The notes beneath the pieces were generated by a model. That model worked only from the letters and a program-made list of their open reading frames with translations, ran no database searches and was not told the DNA's origin. Source: Gemmatales bacterium (GTDB taxonomy: Bacteria; Planctomycetota; Planctomycetia; Gemmatales; HRBIN36). From it: a stretch of DNA of 64,000 bases. The stretch lies in NCBI GenBank assembly GCA_041640595.1, contig JBEPZY010000003.1:593311-657310 (forward strand). Reading direction: 5' to 3'. Made by a program: the position numbers and the translations under genes. Shown here in pieces: positions 50,195 to 60,764 of this stretch (position 1 is its first letter; every line of letters begins with the position of its first letter).

Positions 50195-50938
50195 TTACCG
50201 CCATTCCATTTCGTCGGCGAAGGGATGGATGGGTCCCGGCACTTTGGGCCTGGGCAGTGCTTTGAGGATCGCCTCGGCCAGGATCAAATCGGTTTTGGTG
50301 GTGATCTTGATGTTCGTGGTCGCGCCTTCGACAACCTGCACGGAGTACCCAGCCGCTTCGAGTAACTGCGCATCGTCAGTGATTTCTCCACGGACTCGGT
50401 CGCGCTGGGCATAGGCGGCCAATAACCAGTCTTTACGGAAAACCTGCGGTGTTTGTGCCTGCCAAAGTCCTTCGCGATCAAGGGTGGCTTCGATGCGGTT
50501 GCCTTTGCCGACTTTTTTGAGCGTATCGGCAACCGGCACCGCCAGGATGGCCGCTCCGTGTTGCACCGCCGCGTTGAAGACGGCGTCCACCAGTTCCGGC
50601 GTGGCGCAGGGCCGAGCGGCGTCGTGGATGGCCACGAATTCCGCTTCCTCCTTGACTTTCTTGAGGGCATTAGCCACCGAATCGGTCCGCGTAGCACCCC
50701 CTTCGACAATCTGGGCGTTCATCAGCGCCAGGTTGGCCATGTACCGCCGCAGAAACTTCTCCCGGTCCTCCGGCGCAATCACCACCAAAAACTGGCACAC
50801 ATCCGAACGAGTGATAAACAATTCCGCACAGCGGAGCCAAACCGCCCGACCGTCTATGTTAGCGAATTGTTTTTTCTCGCGGTCTTTGAAGCGGGTGGAT
50901 TTCCCCGCAGCCGCCAGAATCACCGCAAATCGCGCCAT
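50195..50938 (-). CDS. ispD: 2-C-methyl-D-erythritol 4-phosphate cytidylyltransferase
   Basis: AAGKSTRF, HDAARP, QTPQVF, TDDA and NIKIT motifs. Confidence 0.95.
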   Translation of the reverse strand: MARFAVILAAAGKSTRFKDREKKQFANIDGRAVWLRCAELFITRSDVCQFLVVIAPEDREKFLRRYMANLALMNAQIVEGGATRTDSVANALKKVKEEAEFVAIHDAARPCATPELVDAVFNAAVQHGAAILAVPVADTLKKVGKGNRIEATLDREGLWQAQTPQVFRKDWLLAAYAQRDRVRGEITDDAQLLEAAGYSVQVVEGATTNIKITTKTDLILAEAILKALPRPKVPGPIHPFADEMEWR

Positions 50939-51088
50939 GGCTTTTCTCCTCACCGGGCGAGAACGGCCCAGGTATGCCGCAGCCGCAATGCTACCTGGCC
51001 AGCATCTACCGCCATTGTAACCGTCCGGCCCCGAAATCCCAGAGGCCCATCCCCGACCCAGGTGCCGTTTCCGTTGCTGACCGGCGGA

Positions 51089-51097
51089 TGATATAAT
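51089..51097 (+). promoter_or_regulatory. Extended -10 promoter of tRNA-Arg
   Basis: TGATATAAT 11 nt upstream of the tRNA. Confidence 0.6.
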
Positions 51098-51108
51098 AAT
51101 TCCGCTCA

Positions 51109-51182
51109 GCGCCCGTAGCTCAACTGGATAGAGCATCGGTCTTCGGAACCGACGGTTGGGGGTTCGAGTCCCTCCGGGCGCG
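51109..51182 (+). tRNA. tRNA-Arg(TCG)
   Basis: GCGCCCG acceptor stem, TCGGT-CTTCGGA-ACCGA anticodon arm, GTTCGA T-loop. Confidence 0.96.
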
Positions 51183-51221
51183 CTAACCGACACCTGGAGC
51201 GCTGCTGGTGAAATCCGCATC

Positions 51222-52508
51222 ATGAACACCAGTAATCCCGGCAGTAGTGGCTTGCCCGCGGACACTCCAGCTCCGCAGGGTAAAGCAAATGTGCCTGCCG
51301 CCTGGCCGCCTCAGACCGATGGGACAGTGCAGGTTTTCCTGTTTCACCTGATGAGTTGGCCTTATCTGCCTGCGGATTTTGCGGAGCGCTACGATTCCGC
51401 CTGGGTATGGTGCCCGAACAGTTTGTACGATCCGGTTCGCGGCCACGAGCTATATCGCGAATATCTGGCGACGCTGGCGCTGGCCGAACCGCTGGGCTTT
51501 GACGGGGTCTGCGTCAATGAGCATCACCAGAACGCGTATGGTCTGATGCCCTCGCCGAACCTGATGGCGGCAGCTTTGACGCAGTTGACGCGGCGCATTC
51601 GCATTGCCGTCATCGGGGATGCCCTGCCTCTCTATAATCCGCCGTTACGTGTTGCAGAAGAATATGCCATGTTAGATGTGCTGAGCGGTGGGCGACTGAT
51701 TGCCGGTATGGTTATCGGCAGCGGGCCGGAATATTTCTCCTATCAAGTCAATCCCACCGAAGCCCGGGAGCGTTTCCGTGAAGCCCTGGACCTGATTATC
51801 AAGGCCTGGACTACTCCGGGGCCTTTTCTCTGGAATAGTCCGCACTATTTCTTTCGCTATGTCAATGTCTGGCCGCGACCGTTACAGCAACCGCATCCGC
51901 CTATATGGATTCCCGGCATCGGCAGCTTAGAAACTATAGATTTAGTCGCACAGCGCCGGTTTGCTTATATGGGGCTGCCTTATTTCCATATAGAGACGAA
52001 TAAACGAGTGTTCGAGCGATTTCGGGAGGCTTGCCAGCGCTATGGGTACCAACCTAAGCCGGAGCAAATGGGCTGGGGCGTGGCCGTTTATGTGGCCGAA
52101 AACGATCGCCAGGCTTATGACGAATTCTGGCCGCATTTTCAGTATTTTGTACGCAACTGCCTGAAAGGTATAGGTCTCATTCCGCCGGGCTATACATCGG
52201 AGCGATCTATGCTTGCCATTGCCAGGAGCCGGAATGCGTTTTTATCGCCCGAACTAAGCTGGCGGGAGATCGAAAGCGGTTATTATGCCATCGTGGGCAG
52301 TCCGGCAACCGTGCGCGATAAGTTGTTACATTGCCTCGAATATTTAGGAGTGGGAGTGCTTATGTTAGGTTTTCAGGCGGGTTCTCTGCCGCACGAACTG
52401 GCGCGGAAGAGTTTGCATTTGTTTTCTCAAGAGGTGTTGCCGGCGTTGAAGTCGGCCAGAATCGCCACACCAGTGCCGCAAGAATCAAGCCCCCACCTAT
52501 CCAGGTAG
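51222..52508 (+). CDS. LLM-class (luciferase-like) flavin-dependent oxidoreductase
   Basis: GFDGVCVNEHH, EEYAMLDVLSGGR and PRPLQQPHPPIW motifs. Confidence 0.93.
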   Translation: MNTSNPGSSGLPADTPAPQGKANVPAAWPPQTDGTVQVFLFHLMSWPYLPADFAERYDSAWVWCPNSLYDPVRGHELYREYLATLALAEPLGFDGVCVNEHHQNAYGLMPSPNLMAAALTQLTRRIRIAVIGDALPLYNPPLRVAEEYAMLDVLSGGRLIAGMVIGSGPEYFSYQVNPTEARERFREALDLIIKAWTTPGPFLWNSPHYFFRYVNVWPRPLQQPHPPIWIPGIGSLETIDLVAQRRFAYMGLPYFHIETNKRVFERFREACQRYGYQPKPEQMGWGVAVYVAENDRQAYDEFWPHFQYFVRNCLKGIGLIPPGYTSERSMLAIARSRNAFLSPELSWREIESGYYAIVGSPATVRDKLLHCLEYLGVGVLMLGFQAGSLPHELARKSLHLFSQEVLPALKSARIATPVPQESSPHLSR

Positions 52509-53322
52509 CCGGTGCGGGGATTTCTTCCGGTACTAATATATAGACCCAGAGCGGGTTCAGGATAGGTTCGATGAGACTAAGCATGCCAGCTTCATGGGCA
52601 GGCACCGTTTTCAGGCCCCGCGCCACCAACCAGTAAGGCAAGGCCATCTGGATCGCTCCAAACGCTAATAACACAAGAAGCTGTCCGAAGTGCGGCCAAG
52701 TATAGAAGCCGAGAACCGGAAGCAAACTTAGAGCGGCAACCGCATGATTCAACCAGGTAAGCCAGGAACTATCCTGCCTGCGAAGCAGTCCCAGACAGAA
52801 AACGACCCCGGCATAAGCCACGCCGCTGCCCAGGGCCACCAGGATTGCTAACAGGCTGGCAGTATCCGCCTGGGCATTGCGGAAGCCATCGCCAACAATC
52901 ACCCCGACGCCGCCCAGAGCCAGGCCCAGGGCCAACAATTCTCGCAGTCGGATTGGTTCGCGCAGATAGGTGATCGCGGCCAGGTACAGCCAGAACGGAG
53001 CGGTGTACTGCAAAATAATGGCATTGGCTGCCGTGCCCAGACTCAGGGCGGAAACGAACAGGGCGTTCATAGCGGCGAAAAACAAAACCATCAGCACCAT
53101 CAGCGGATGCCAGGCCATTCGCTGCCGACGTAAAGCCGGCATGAGCACCAGCGCTGCGAACAGGCAACGGTAGAAGGCGATAATCAGCGGATGTAACGGC
53201 GGTTCGGCCAAACTCCCCCCGACGGGATGACGCAGCAAGCGAACAAAGACACCACTCAAACTCCAGAGCACACTGGCCAGCACAATCAGGCATCTTCCCA
53301 GCCAAAGCGAGGAGGAGGACAT
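52360..53322 (-). CDS. DMT/EamA family transporter
   Basis: About 10 TM helices; LQYTAP and EPILNP motifs. Confidence 0.9.
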   Translation of the reverse strand: MSSSSLWLGRCLIVLASVLWSLSGVFVRLLRHPVGGSLAEPPLHPLIIAFYRCLFAALVLMPALRRQRMAWHPLMVLMVLFFAAMNALFVSALSLGTAANAIILQYTAPFWLYLAAITYLREPIRLRELLALGLALGGVGVIVGDGFRNAQADTASLLAILVALGSGVAYAGVVFCLGLLRRQDSSWLTWLNHAVAALSLLPVLGFYTWPHFGQLLVLLAFGAIQMALPYWLVARGLKTVPAHEAGMLSLIEPILNPLWVYILVPEEIPAPATWIGGGLILAALVWRFWPTSTPATPLEKTNANSSAPVRAAENPPENLT

Positions 53323-53338
53323 CGGAGAAAGGCGAGCG

Positions 53339-54841
53339 TCACCACAGGAGCCAGACCAGCAAGAGCAATCCCAGCAGCACTATCAGCAACGTACCCAGCC
53401 AGAGCCAGCGGCGCGACCAGGGCGAGCGTGATGGAAGGGAAGTTTTCCGCAGTGCCGCTTCCTGCAAGGCCGGGCGAAATCGGCGATAATGACTGAGCTT
53501 GTGAAACGGTCCTTCCGGAGAGGCAGCAATTTCATCGGCAGGGCCCAGTTCACCGCGTGCGATGGCTTGCAGAATCTGTTCCTGGCGATAACGCCGCTGT
53601 CGCCAAGCTCCGCTTCGTGTGCGGTAACGCACGTACCAGAAATTCGGTTGTTCCGTCGCCTCGCTCAGGTCGAGGAGGGTAACTTCTTCTAAAGCACGGG
53701 CACGGAGCCGGGCCACCGGATCACGGCGTGCCAATTCCTGGTCGGCAAAGCTGAGAAACTTCCCGGCCAGGCCGGTTCGCTCCACGGCCACGATCACCTC
53801 GCTTACCGTCTGGAATCGGTCTTCAGGCCGGCGAGCCAGCATGCGGTCGAGAATGGCACTGAGGTCCTCCGGAATTTCTGGATTGACTACGTAAGCCGGA
53901 GTGTAGATGCCCTGCTCCTTCTTTTCCAGGATTTCAATTTGATTTTTGCCATCGAAAGGAACCCGTCCGGTGAGCATGTGGTAAAGGGTGGCACCCAGGG
54001 CGAAAATATCGGAGCGGGCATCGGCATCGCGAGCATTGATCGCCTGTTCGTAAGGCATGTAATACGGCGTGCCGAACCCCTGCCGCATCCCGGTCAGCAC
54101 GGAGGACTGGTCGGTTTGCTTGGAAAGACCCAGGTCGGTGAGTTTGGCAACACCACTGCGGGTGATGAGGATGTTTTCCGGTTTGATGTCGCGGTGAATG
54201 ATGTTGTGGGCGTGGGCGTATTCCAGACCGTGAGCGACATCGAGAATAATGTGCAGGGCATCTTCAATGCTGAATCGTCCGTGCCGGTCGAGGTACTCCT
54301 GGGCACTGATGCCATCCACGTACTCCATGACGAAATAACGCTGACCGCTCTGCTCGTCTCGCCCCATCTCGTAGCCGCGTACCAGGTGGGGATGGTTGAG
54401 TCGGGAGGCCAGTTCGGCTTCCCGCTGGAAACGTTCTACCAGTGAGGCGTTTTCTTCGAGATGTTTGGCGAGTATTTTGATGGCGACCGGGCGATTTTGT
54501 TGCGGGTCATGGGCGAGATACACTTCCCCCATCGCCCCTTCGCCGATTTTGCGCAGCAAACGATACCGACCGAGTTGCCGGATGGGAGTCTGGCCATCGC
54601 TGTCAGCAGGGGCAGGAGTTGTCGGCTCGGCGACCTGAGTGCGGTCGAGTTCCTGGCGCAGCTGTTCGGCCAGATCACGCGGCAGGAGTTGCTCCTCCAC
54701 GAACACTTCGAGCAGGTCCTGTTCGGGGCGTGTGCGGCGACGCTGTAACCACCGGGCGCAGACCTGTCGCACCCGCACTGGATCAGCGCCGAATCGGCTG
54801 ATGGCGAGTCGGGCTATTCGCCGCTCCCGCGAGTCCAACAT
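53339..54841 (-). CDS. Hanks-type Ser/Thr protein kinase with a C-terminal TM anchor
   Basis: IGEGAMGEVY, VAIK, HRDIKPEN, DLG and GTPYYM motifs. Confidence 0.95.
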   Translation of the reverse strand: MLDSRERRIARLAISRFGADPVRVRQVCARWLQRRRTRPEQDLLEVFVEEQLLPRDLAEQLRQELDRTQVAEPTTPAPADSDGQTPIRQLGRYRLLRKIGEGAMGEVYLAHDPQQNRPVAIKILAKHLEENASLVERFQREAELASRLNHPHLVRGYEMGRDEQSGQRYFVMEYVDGISAQEYLDRHGRFSIEDALHIILDVAHGLEYAHAHNIIHRDIKPENILITRSGVAKLTDLGLSKQTDQSSVLTGMRQGFGTPYYMPYEQAINARDADARSDIFALGATLYHMLTGRVPFDGKNQIEILEKKEQGIYTPAYVVNPEIPEDLSAILDRMLARRPEDRFQTVSEVIVAVERTGLAGKFLSFADQELARRDPVARLRARALEEVTLLDLSEATEQPNFWYVRYRTRSGAWRQRRYRQEQILQAIARGELGPADEIAASPEGPFHKLSHYRRFRPALQEAALRKTSLPSRSPWSRRWLWLGTLLIVLLGLLLLVWLLW

Positions 54842-54916
54842 TTTCCCACCCGTCTGGCCTGCCGCCCGCAGACTTCCTACAGCCTTACCCCGCTCCCAGT
54901 CGGAGGTAAAATCCCG

Positions 54917-54942
54917 CCATGGCGGGCTTACGCCCGCCGCTC
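54917..54942 (+). repeat. Solo REP-like hairpin of the same family
   Basis: CCATGG-CGGGC-TTAC-GCCCG-CCGCTC. Confidence 0.8.
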
Positions 54943-55287
54943 GTGACTGGTCAGCGGCAATTTCGGATAGTTTACGCTAACCGCGGTTCATCCTCAAGGG
55001 GCGGACTGAGCCGGATCGCAAGTTAATGTCGCAGCGCACGGAACCGCTTCTGGTTGGAAGCCTCCTTGCATTGGCTCACTACGAAATTGCCACACAGAAC
55101 GTGGCCGCAATTGGGTGCACCAACGTCAGCGAAACGCAGTTTCCGAAGCCCGTTTCGAAGTGCGTGGCCAGGAGCTCCTGGTTGACACTCAGCCAGTGGC
55201 GAATGGTGAGTTGCTGATAGCGAATGGCAAGTCGTGAGTGCAGAAGGACGAACCGCACTATGGCTCGGCTGGCACATGCCCGACGGT

Positions 55288-56232
55288 TTACGCGGGCGCG
55301 GGTGGCGGCGTGGTAGCTCCGGGCGGAGTGTAATTGGCGATTCGCTCCAGCGCCAGCATCAGGGCATGCGTTCCTTTTCGGCCATAACCCTGCGCCTTCA
55401 GCGCGACATAGAGTTGCTCTGCCAGTGCCAGTCCCGGTAACGGCAAATTCATCCGCCGTGCTTCTTCCAGAGCGATGCCCATGTCCTTGATGAAATGCTC
55501 AACGAAAAAGCCCGGCTCGAAATTGCGCTGAATGATCCGCGGACCGTAATTGAGCAGCGACCAGCTGGAAGCTGCCCCGCCGCCTACCGATTCCAGCACC
55601 CGCGTCGGGTCGAGTCCGGCTTTGTAGGCATACAGCAACGCTTCGCACACGCCGATCATCGTGGTGGCGATGAGAATCTGATTGACCATTTTGGTGTGTT
55701 GACCGGCGCCAGCAGGGCCCTGCAAAACGATAGTTTTGCCCATGCACTCGAAAATCGGCTTGACGGCCTCGAAAACCTCTCGGTCGCCGCCGACCATAAT
55801 CGAGAGCCTGGCCTCGCGTGCGCCAACATCGCCGCCACTCACCGGTGCGTCGAGCGCTCCGACTCCCTTGGCCTTGGCGGCTTCGTAAATCTCCTTGGCC
55901 AGGGCGGGTTCGCTGGTAGTCATGTCCACAACGATCATGCCGGGACGACTGCCGGCCAGCACACCGTTCGGCCCCAGGAAAACTTCCCGCACATCTTTCG
56001 GGAAACCGACAATGGCAAAGACGACGTCCGATTGCTCAGCCACTGCTTTGGGCGAATCGGCAAAGCTGGCACCCAGTTCCAACAGCGGTTGGGCTTTGTC
56101 GCGGGTGCGATTGTAAACGGTGGCCCGATAACCCTTCTGCATGACGTGCTGACACATCCAGCGCCCCATGACGCCGGTGCCGATCCAGCCGATGCGTGTT
56201 TTGCCGGGTGTCGCCTGAGCGAAAGGCATCAT
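55288..56232 (-). CDS. NAD(P)-dependent beta-hydroxyacid dehydrogenase (3-hydroxyisobutyrate / tartronate semialdehyde reductase family)
   Basis: [16 protein letters not shown] and KMVNQ motifs; GGGAGG RBS. Confidence 0.93.
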   Translation of the reverse strand: MMPFAQATPGKTRIGWIGTGVMGRWMCQHVMQKGYRATVYNRTRDKAQPLLELGASFADSPKAVAEQSDVVFAIVGFPKDVREVFLGPNGVLAGSRPGMIVVDMTTSEPALAKEIYEAAKAKGVGALDAPVSGGDVGAREARLSIMVGGDREVFEAVKPIFECMGKTIVLQGPAGAGQHTKMVNQILIATTMIGVCEALLYAYKAGLDPTRVLESVGGGAASSWSLLNYGPRIIQRNFEPGFFVEHFIKDMGIALEEARRMNLPLPGLALAEQLYVALKAQGYGRKGTHALMLALERIANYTPPGATTPPPAPA

Positions 56233-56348
56233 TTTCCTCCCTGGAGTATCCGTCGGTGGTGCAGGTTGCGGTAGGCAGAACGAAATGGGCCAGCGGCCAC
56301 GGTAGCCAGCTGGAGCATGCTGGCCGCTGTCGCCTGGTGGTGAGCGTT

Positions 56349-56702
56349 TTACACACCGAAAAGCTGGCGGCAAGTTGCTTCGTCGAAACCCACCAGAACT
56401 TTCTTGCCCACCAGTGCGGTAGGAGCTCGCAAATTGCCGGTCGGCCCGGCTAACAGACGCTGCAAATCTTCTGCCGGTACCTTTTCCTTTTTCAGCGAAA
56501 CAGTTACCGCCTGTTTTCCCTTGCAAACGTAGATTTCTTCCGCACGCCCCAGAAGCCGCTGGAGAGCCTGTTGCGGCTTCAAAGGCTCTTTGCGAGCGTC
56601 GTGAATGGCCTGGACGGGAATCTGGTAGCGTGCAAGAAACTCTTGCAGACGGCCACACGTTTTTCAGCCGGGACGATGATAAAGCCAGTCAATCTGAGGC
56701 AT
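56349..56702 (-). CDS. ArsC/Spx-like thioredoxin-fold selenoprotein (UxxC)
   Basis: [18 protein letters not shown]... reads in frame into the 77-aa ORF ending [10 protein letters not shown]...VGF; GGGGAG RBS. Confidence 0.85.
56625..56656 (-). promoter_or_regulatory. Candidate bacterial SECIS hairpin
   Basis: TGCAAGA-GTT-TCTTGCA stem-loop, with the G-first loop 23 nt after the UGA. Confidence 0.7.
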
Positions 56703-56803
56703 GGTTTTCTCCCCGTCCGTCGCGGTGAATCACCACGCCCACCGAAGCGTGTTCCCTGATATAAACTCAGGCCAAACAATTGTCCAGCCCTGCCGGGGGC
56801 GAT

Positions 56804-58186
56804 TCAAAACAGTGCGGTGATGGGTCGGCCATTGCTTATTCGCAGCGGTCGCCCCTGGGGATCGAAGACTTCCGTTTCCGGCGGCAGACCGAGGGCGTAG
56901 TAAATCGTCGCCAGCAGGTCCTCGGGCGTAACGGGATGCAGCGTTGGGTAGGCGGCGTGTTTGTCGCTGGCGCCGTACACCTGTCCGCCACGAATACCCC
57001 CGCCGGCCAGCACTGCGGATTGGCACGGTCCCCAGTGGTCACGACCGCCGGTGTTATTGATGCGGGGCGTGCGTCCGAATTCGCCGAACATCGCCACCAG
57101 TGTCTCCTTCAACAACCCGCGTTGCTCCAGGTCTTCCAAAAGCGCTGCGTAAGCCCGATCCAGCGAGGGTAGGCAATAAAACTGCTTGAGCATGTCGTAG
57201 CCGCTGATCTTGCCCAGCGATGGCGTACCGCCGTGATTGTCCCAGACGTTGGCCACGTTCCCATCCGGACACACGTAGTACCAGATGATGGTAACCAGCC
57301 GCACGCCCGCTTCGATCAACCGCCGCGCCAACAGGAAACATTCGCCGTACTCATTGCGACCATAGCGATCCCGCAGCCAGGGCGGTTCGGTATCGAGCGA
57401 GAAAGCCCGACGGGTTCTGGGCGAGGTAAGCAAGTCGTAGGCTTGCAGTCGCGCAGCATCCAGTGACGCAGTGGCCGGATGCTTGTCCAGGACGCGCTGC
57501 CAGGTTTCCAGTTGCCGCAGTAATCCCCGCCGCAGCAACACATCGTTTTGCGACAATCCGGCTGGCAAATCGAGCTGATGCGGTGCTGCCTCGTTCACCT
57601 CGGCAGGTGGCTGCAGTTCCAGCGGATCGAAACGCGGTCCGAGGAATCCCGCATGGGTCCCCGCATAGATCACGCCGTCATGGCCAATCGGCCGGGGAAT
57701 CGTAACCGCCGCGGGCAGACCATGGGGCGGGAAGAAATACGACACGATCCCCGCCGGGTTGGGAAAATCCTTGCGGCTGCGACGATTCCGCGGGAAAACT
57801 TTTTGCGCATCGGCTTGTCCGGTCAGCGTGATGTAACAACCTTGCCCGTGGTCGTTGAACGGATGGGTCAGCGAGCGGATGATCGCCATCTTGTCGGTAT
57901 GCTGTGCGGTGAGCGGCAGATGTTCGCACAGATAAATGCCGGGCGTGCGTGTGGCGATCGGCTTGAACAGACTGCGAATCCCGTCTGGGGCATCCGGTTT
58001 CATGTCGAACATATCCTGATGCGGTGGCCCGCCCCAGAGGTAAATGAGAATACACGACCGCGCGGTCGCGGATGAACGCGGACCGCTTGTCGCTGCGTGT
58101 GCACCTGCCCGCAGCAGTTGCGGCAGCGTCAACGCCCCCAGCCCCAGTTGTCCTAACCGCAGCATCGCTTCGCGTCGGTGCAACAT
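56804..58186 (-). CDS. DUF1501 domain protein
   Basis: Tat-like RR N-terminus; GGPPHQDMFDMKP, WDNH, GEFGRTP and GRDHW motifs. Confidence 0.93.
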   Translation of the reverse strand: MLHRREAMLRLGQLGLGALTLPQLLRAGAHAATSGPRSSATARSCILIYLWGGPPHQDMFDMKPDAPDGIRSLFKPIATRTPGIYLCEHLPLTAQHTDKMAIIRSLTHPFNDHGQGCYITLTGQADAQKVFPRNRRSRKDFPNPAGIVSYFFPPHGLPAAVTIPRPIGHDGVIYAGTHAGFLGPRFDPLELQPPAEVNEAAPHQLDLPAGLSQNDVLLRRGLLRQLETWQRVLDKHPATASLDAARLQAYDLLTSPRTRRAFSLDTEPPWLRDRYGRNEYGECFLLARRLIEAGVRLVTIIWYYVCPDGNVANVWDNHGGTPSLGKISGYDMLKQFYCLPSLDRAYAALLEDLEQRGLLKETLVAMFGEFGRTPRINNTGGRDHWGPCQSAVLAGGGIRGGQVYGASDKHAAYPTLHPVTPEDLLATIYYALGLPPETEVFDPQGRPLRISNGRPITALF

Positions 58187-58472
58187 GTCAACCCCCTCAT
58201 CGGGTCGGTTTTGCCCTCGATCTCGTTCTAAGAACTGCTGGCCGGAAGACAAGACAGAAGCAGTTCACCCGCACTAGCCGCATTTGAGTCTGCTTGTGAC
58301 CGCGTGCGGGACAAACCTGCCCGTGCGCGATGGCATTTTGTTTTCGAGGAGCGTCGCCTCGTGGGATCCGAGGAATGGATTTTGTGTCGTCTGGGAAGAC
58401 TGAGAGCGTTTCGTTCTCGGCGGGCGTTGTCCGGTCACAGCATGGGGGACGAACGCTGGGTAGGGGAAAGGC

Positions 58473-58661
58473 TCACGGCTTCGGAGGGGGACCCGGTGGG
58501 AGTCGGCCAGGACGGGAAGGTTGCGATGGCGGTGGTTGGGGCGATTGGTCACAACCCAGCGGCAGCTCGCTGAGCAACACCGCTGCCAGCACCAGCCCGC
58601 TCAACCAGCGACGGACGCCTCGGCGTCTCCGTAACCATTCCGTGGACAGCCATTCAGTCAT
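58473..58661 (-). CDS. Small Pro-rich lipoprotein-like partner of the DUF1559 protein
   Basis: Overlaps the DUF1559 stop; hydrophobic stretch followed by LGC. Confidence 0.55.
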   Translation of the reverse strand: MTEWLSTEWLRRRRGVRRWLSGLVLAAVLLSELPLGCDQSPQPPPSQPSRPGRLPPGPPPKP

Positions 58662-59592
58662 CGAGACTCGCATTTTCTCCCCCGCGATAAGTGCTCAAAG
58701 CTCGCAGCACGCTGTTGTTGACGGAATAGCGAATAGACCGGGTATGGCAATCGGCAAACAGGAAGTTGGAGCCGACCACATGAAGTGCCCAGAAATGCCA
58801 GCGATGGATATTCTGCGGGTCTTGCAGCTGGCCCGGCCCGTACTGGTACCGCTGACCGGTGGCGGGGTCGTATTCGTTCACGCCCAGGACGACATCCGTG
58901 GCACCGAAGTACGGATAATCGCCGCTACCCGCGAACCACCAGCCGTACAACAGATCCACCGAAGGGGGACGCTCGCCGACGAGCAAGGTGTTGCTGCTTC
59001 CGTCTCCGGCGACGATTTCGCCCATGCTCACGCGAGCATTTACGTGCAGGATGCCGTCGAAGGCGAGTTGATCCGTGCCGTTGACACCCAGATACGCGGT
59101 CAGCGCTACCGGATGCCCGCCGTAGTTGGTGATGAGCTGCGATCGGTTGTCGGAGGGACACTGCATCAACTTCAAGGGGATACCACCCAGAGCCTGGCCA
59201 ACCCCAGCCTGACCACCGGAATACCAGCCATCCCACCACGGCCATTTCAGGTAATTGCCACCTTCCAGGTAGCGGTGAATGTTGTCCTGCTCGATGTAAG
59301 GTGTGATGCGGGCCATCCAGCTGTAGAAGTAATGGTAAGTGTCTTCCGTGTAGGCGGGCGGAGGGATACCGTAATTGTCACCGCGTAAACCAGGCGGAAA
59401 TCGGCCATAGGTATCATGCCATTGATGCAGTGCCAGACCTAGCTGCCGCAAGTTGTTCTGACAGCGGACACGGTTCATGGCCTCGCGTGCCCGCTGGATG
59501 GCCGGAAGCAATAACGCCAGCAACAATCCGATGATGGCGATGACCACCAGCAATTCAATCAGTGTAAAGCCCCGCCGATGCCGCGCATGCAT
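58654..59592 (-). CDS. DUF1559 prepilin-type N-terminal cleavage/methylation protein
   Basis: [29 protein letters not shown] and H-x-NFLFAD motifs. Confidence 0.95.
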   Translation of the reverse strand: MHARHRRGFTLIELLVVIAIIGLLLALLLPAIQRAREAMNRVRCQNNLRQLGLALHQWHDTYGRFPPGLRGDNYGIPPPAYTEDTYHYFYSWMARITPYIEQDNIHRYLEGGNYLKWPWWDGWYSGGQAGVGQALGGIPLKLMQCPSDNRSQLITNYGGHPVALTAYLGVNGTDQLAFDGILHVNARVSMGEIVAGDGSSNTLLVGERPPSVDLLYGWWFAGSGDYPYFGATDVVLGVNEYDPATGQRYQYGPGQLQDPQNIHRWHFWALHVVGSNFLFADCHTRSIRYSVNNSVLRALSTYRGGENASLDD

Positions 59593-59720
59593 GGTAACTC
59601 CTCCTGATGCCCCGAAGCCATAATAACCGCTCAGGCCCCTTTGAGCTGGGCCCTATACCACTAACATAGCCGGCCGTTTGTCGCTCAGCAAGAAAATTAT
59701 CGTGCCGCCCAAATCGCAGC

Positions 59721-60764
59721 TCACCGCAGCGGCGGATACAGAGCGTAGCCGGAAACGTTGACCGGAATGCGATAGATAGTTTTGCCGGCGGTCACATACA
59801 GGGTCTTCCGTTCCGGGCCACCGAAGGCGAGGTTGGTAATCAGGTCTTCCGGGATGGGGATGCGTCCGAGGAGTTTGCCCTGCGGGGAAATGACGTAAAC
59901 CCCTGGCGGTACCTCGTCGGTTTCGCCCGGTCCCCGTGGTCGCAATACCCCAGCACAGACCCACAAATTCCCCTCGACATCCAGTCGCATGCCATCACCA
60001 CCGCGACCGCGTCCGAAATCGAAGACCAGCCGCTGGTCGTTCAGGGAACCATCCGGCTTCACGCTGAAGGCCCAGATTTTGCGATTCCCGCCCGGTTGCG
60101 GATGGCTGTCCACTACATAAAGCGTTTTCGCATCCGGCGTGATGGCGATGCCATTGGGACGCTGAATCGCCGGTTGCGTCAGCACGCGGGTTACCTTGCC
60201 GTCCGGGTCAATGCGATAAACTGCCTCATGCCCCATTTCGAGGATGTGCCGGTCGGGGCCATAATACGGGTCGGTGAACCAGATTCGACCATGAATATCC
60301 ACGCAGATGTCGTTGGGGCTGTTATAACGTTTGCCTTCGTAGCGATCGGTCAGGACTTCGATTTGGCCGGTCTTGAGGTCGGTTCGGACGATGCGTCGCC
60401 GACCTTCGGCCGAACCCATCTCCGCTCCTTCGCAACTGAGCAAACGCCCCTGGGCATCGAAGGTGTTACCATTGGTGCGACCGCTGTTTTCCCGAAACAC
60501 CGAAACCCGACCGGAGGGGTCCATTTTCAAAATCCGGTTCCCGGCAATGTCGCTGAAAAACAGATTCCCCTCGCCGTCAAACGCCGGGCCTTCGAGAAAA
60601 CATACCGTCGCTGCCACACCGACCTGAGCATCAGCAGGAACCAGCTTCTCAGGCAAACCGACCTGAGCGAAGCGAGTTTTCTCCTGCGCTGGTACGTTTT
60701 CGGCCATACCAAGCATTGCCAGTAGCAGGATCAGTGCCAGCACATTGACCGTCGTGGACGCCAT
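59721..60764 (-). CDS. SMP-30/gluconolactonase/LRE family protein
   Basis: EGP, NSPND, PNGI, DGMRLD and TNLAFGG motifs; signal peptide. Confidence 0.93.
   Translation of the reverse strand: MASTTVNVLALILLLAMLGMAENVPAQEKTRFAQVGLPEKLVPADAQVGVAATVCFLEGPAFDGEGNLFFSDIAGNRILKMDPSGRVSVFRENSGRTNGNTFDAQGRLLSCEGAEMGSAEGRRRIVRTDLKTGQIEVLTDRYEGKRYNSPNDICVDIHGRIWFTDPYYGPDRHILEMGHEAVYRIDPDGKVTRVLTQPAIQRPNGIAITPDAKTLYVVDSHPQPGGNRKIWAFSVKPDGSLNDQRLVFDFGRGRGGDGMRLDVEGNLWVCAGVLRPRGPGETDEVPPGVYVISPQGKLLGRIPIPEDLITNLAFGGPERKTLYVTAGKTIYRIPVNVSGYALYPPLR

Noticed and set aside
45788..51182. Integrative element at either tRNA
   Set aside because: No integrase and no duplicated tRNA 3' end were seen; the flanks are housekeeping genes.
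50939..51265. N-terminal extensions of the ispD and LLM ORFs
   Set aside because: They run across the tRNA-Arg gene; the downstream ATGs are the plausible starts.
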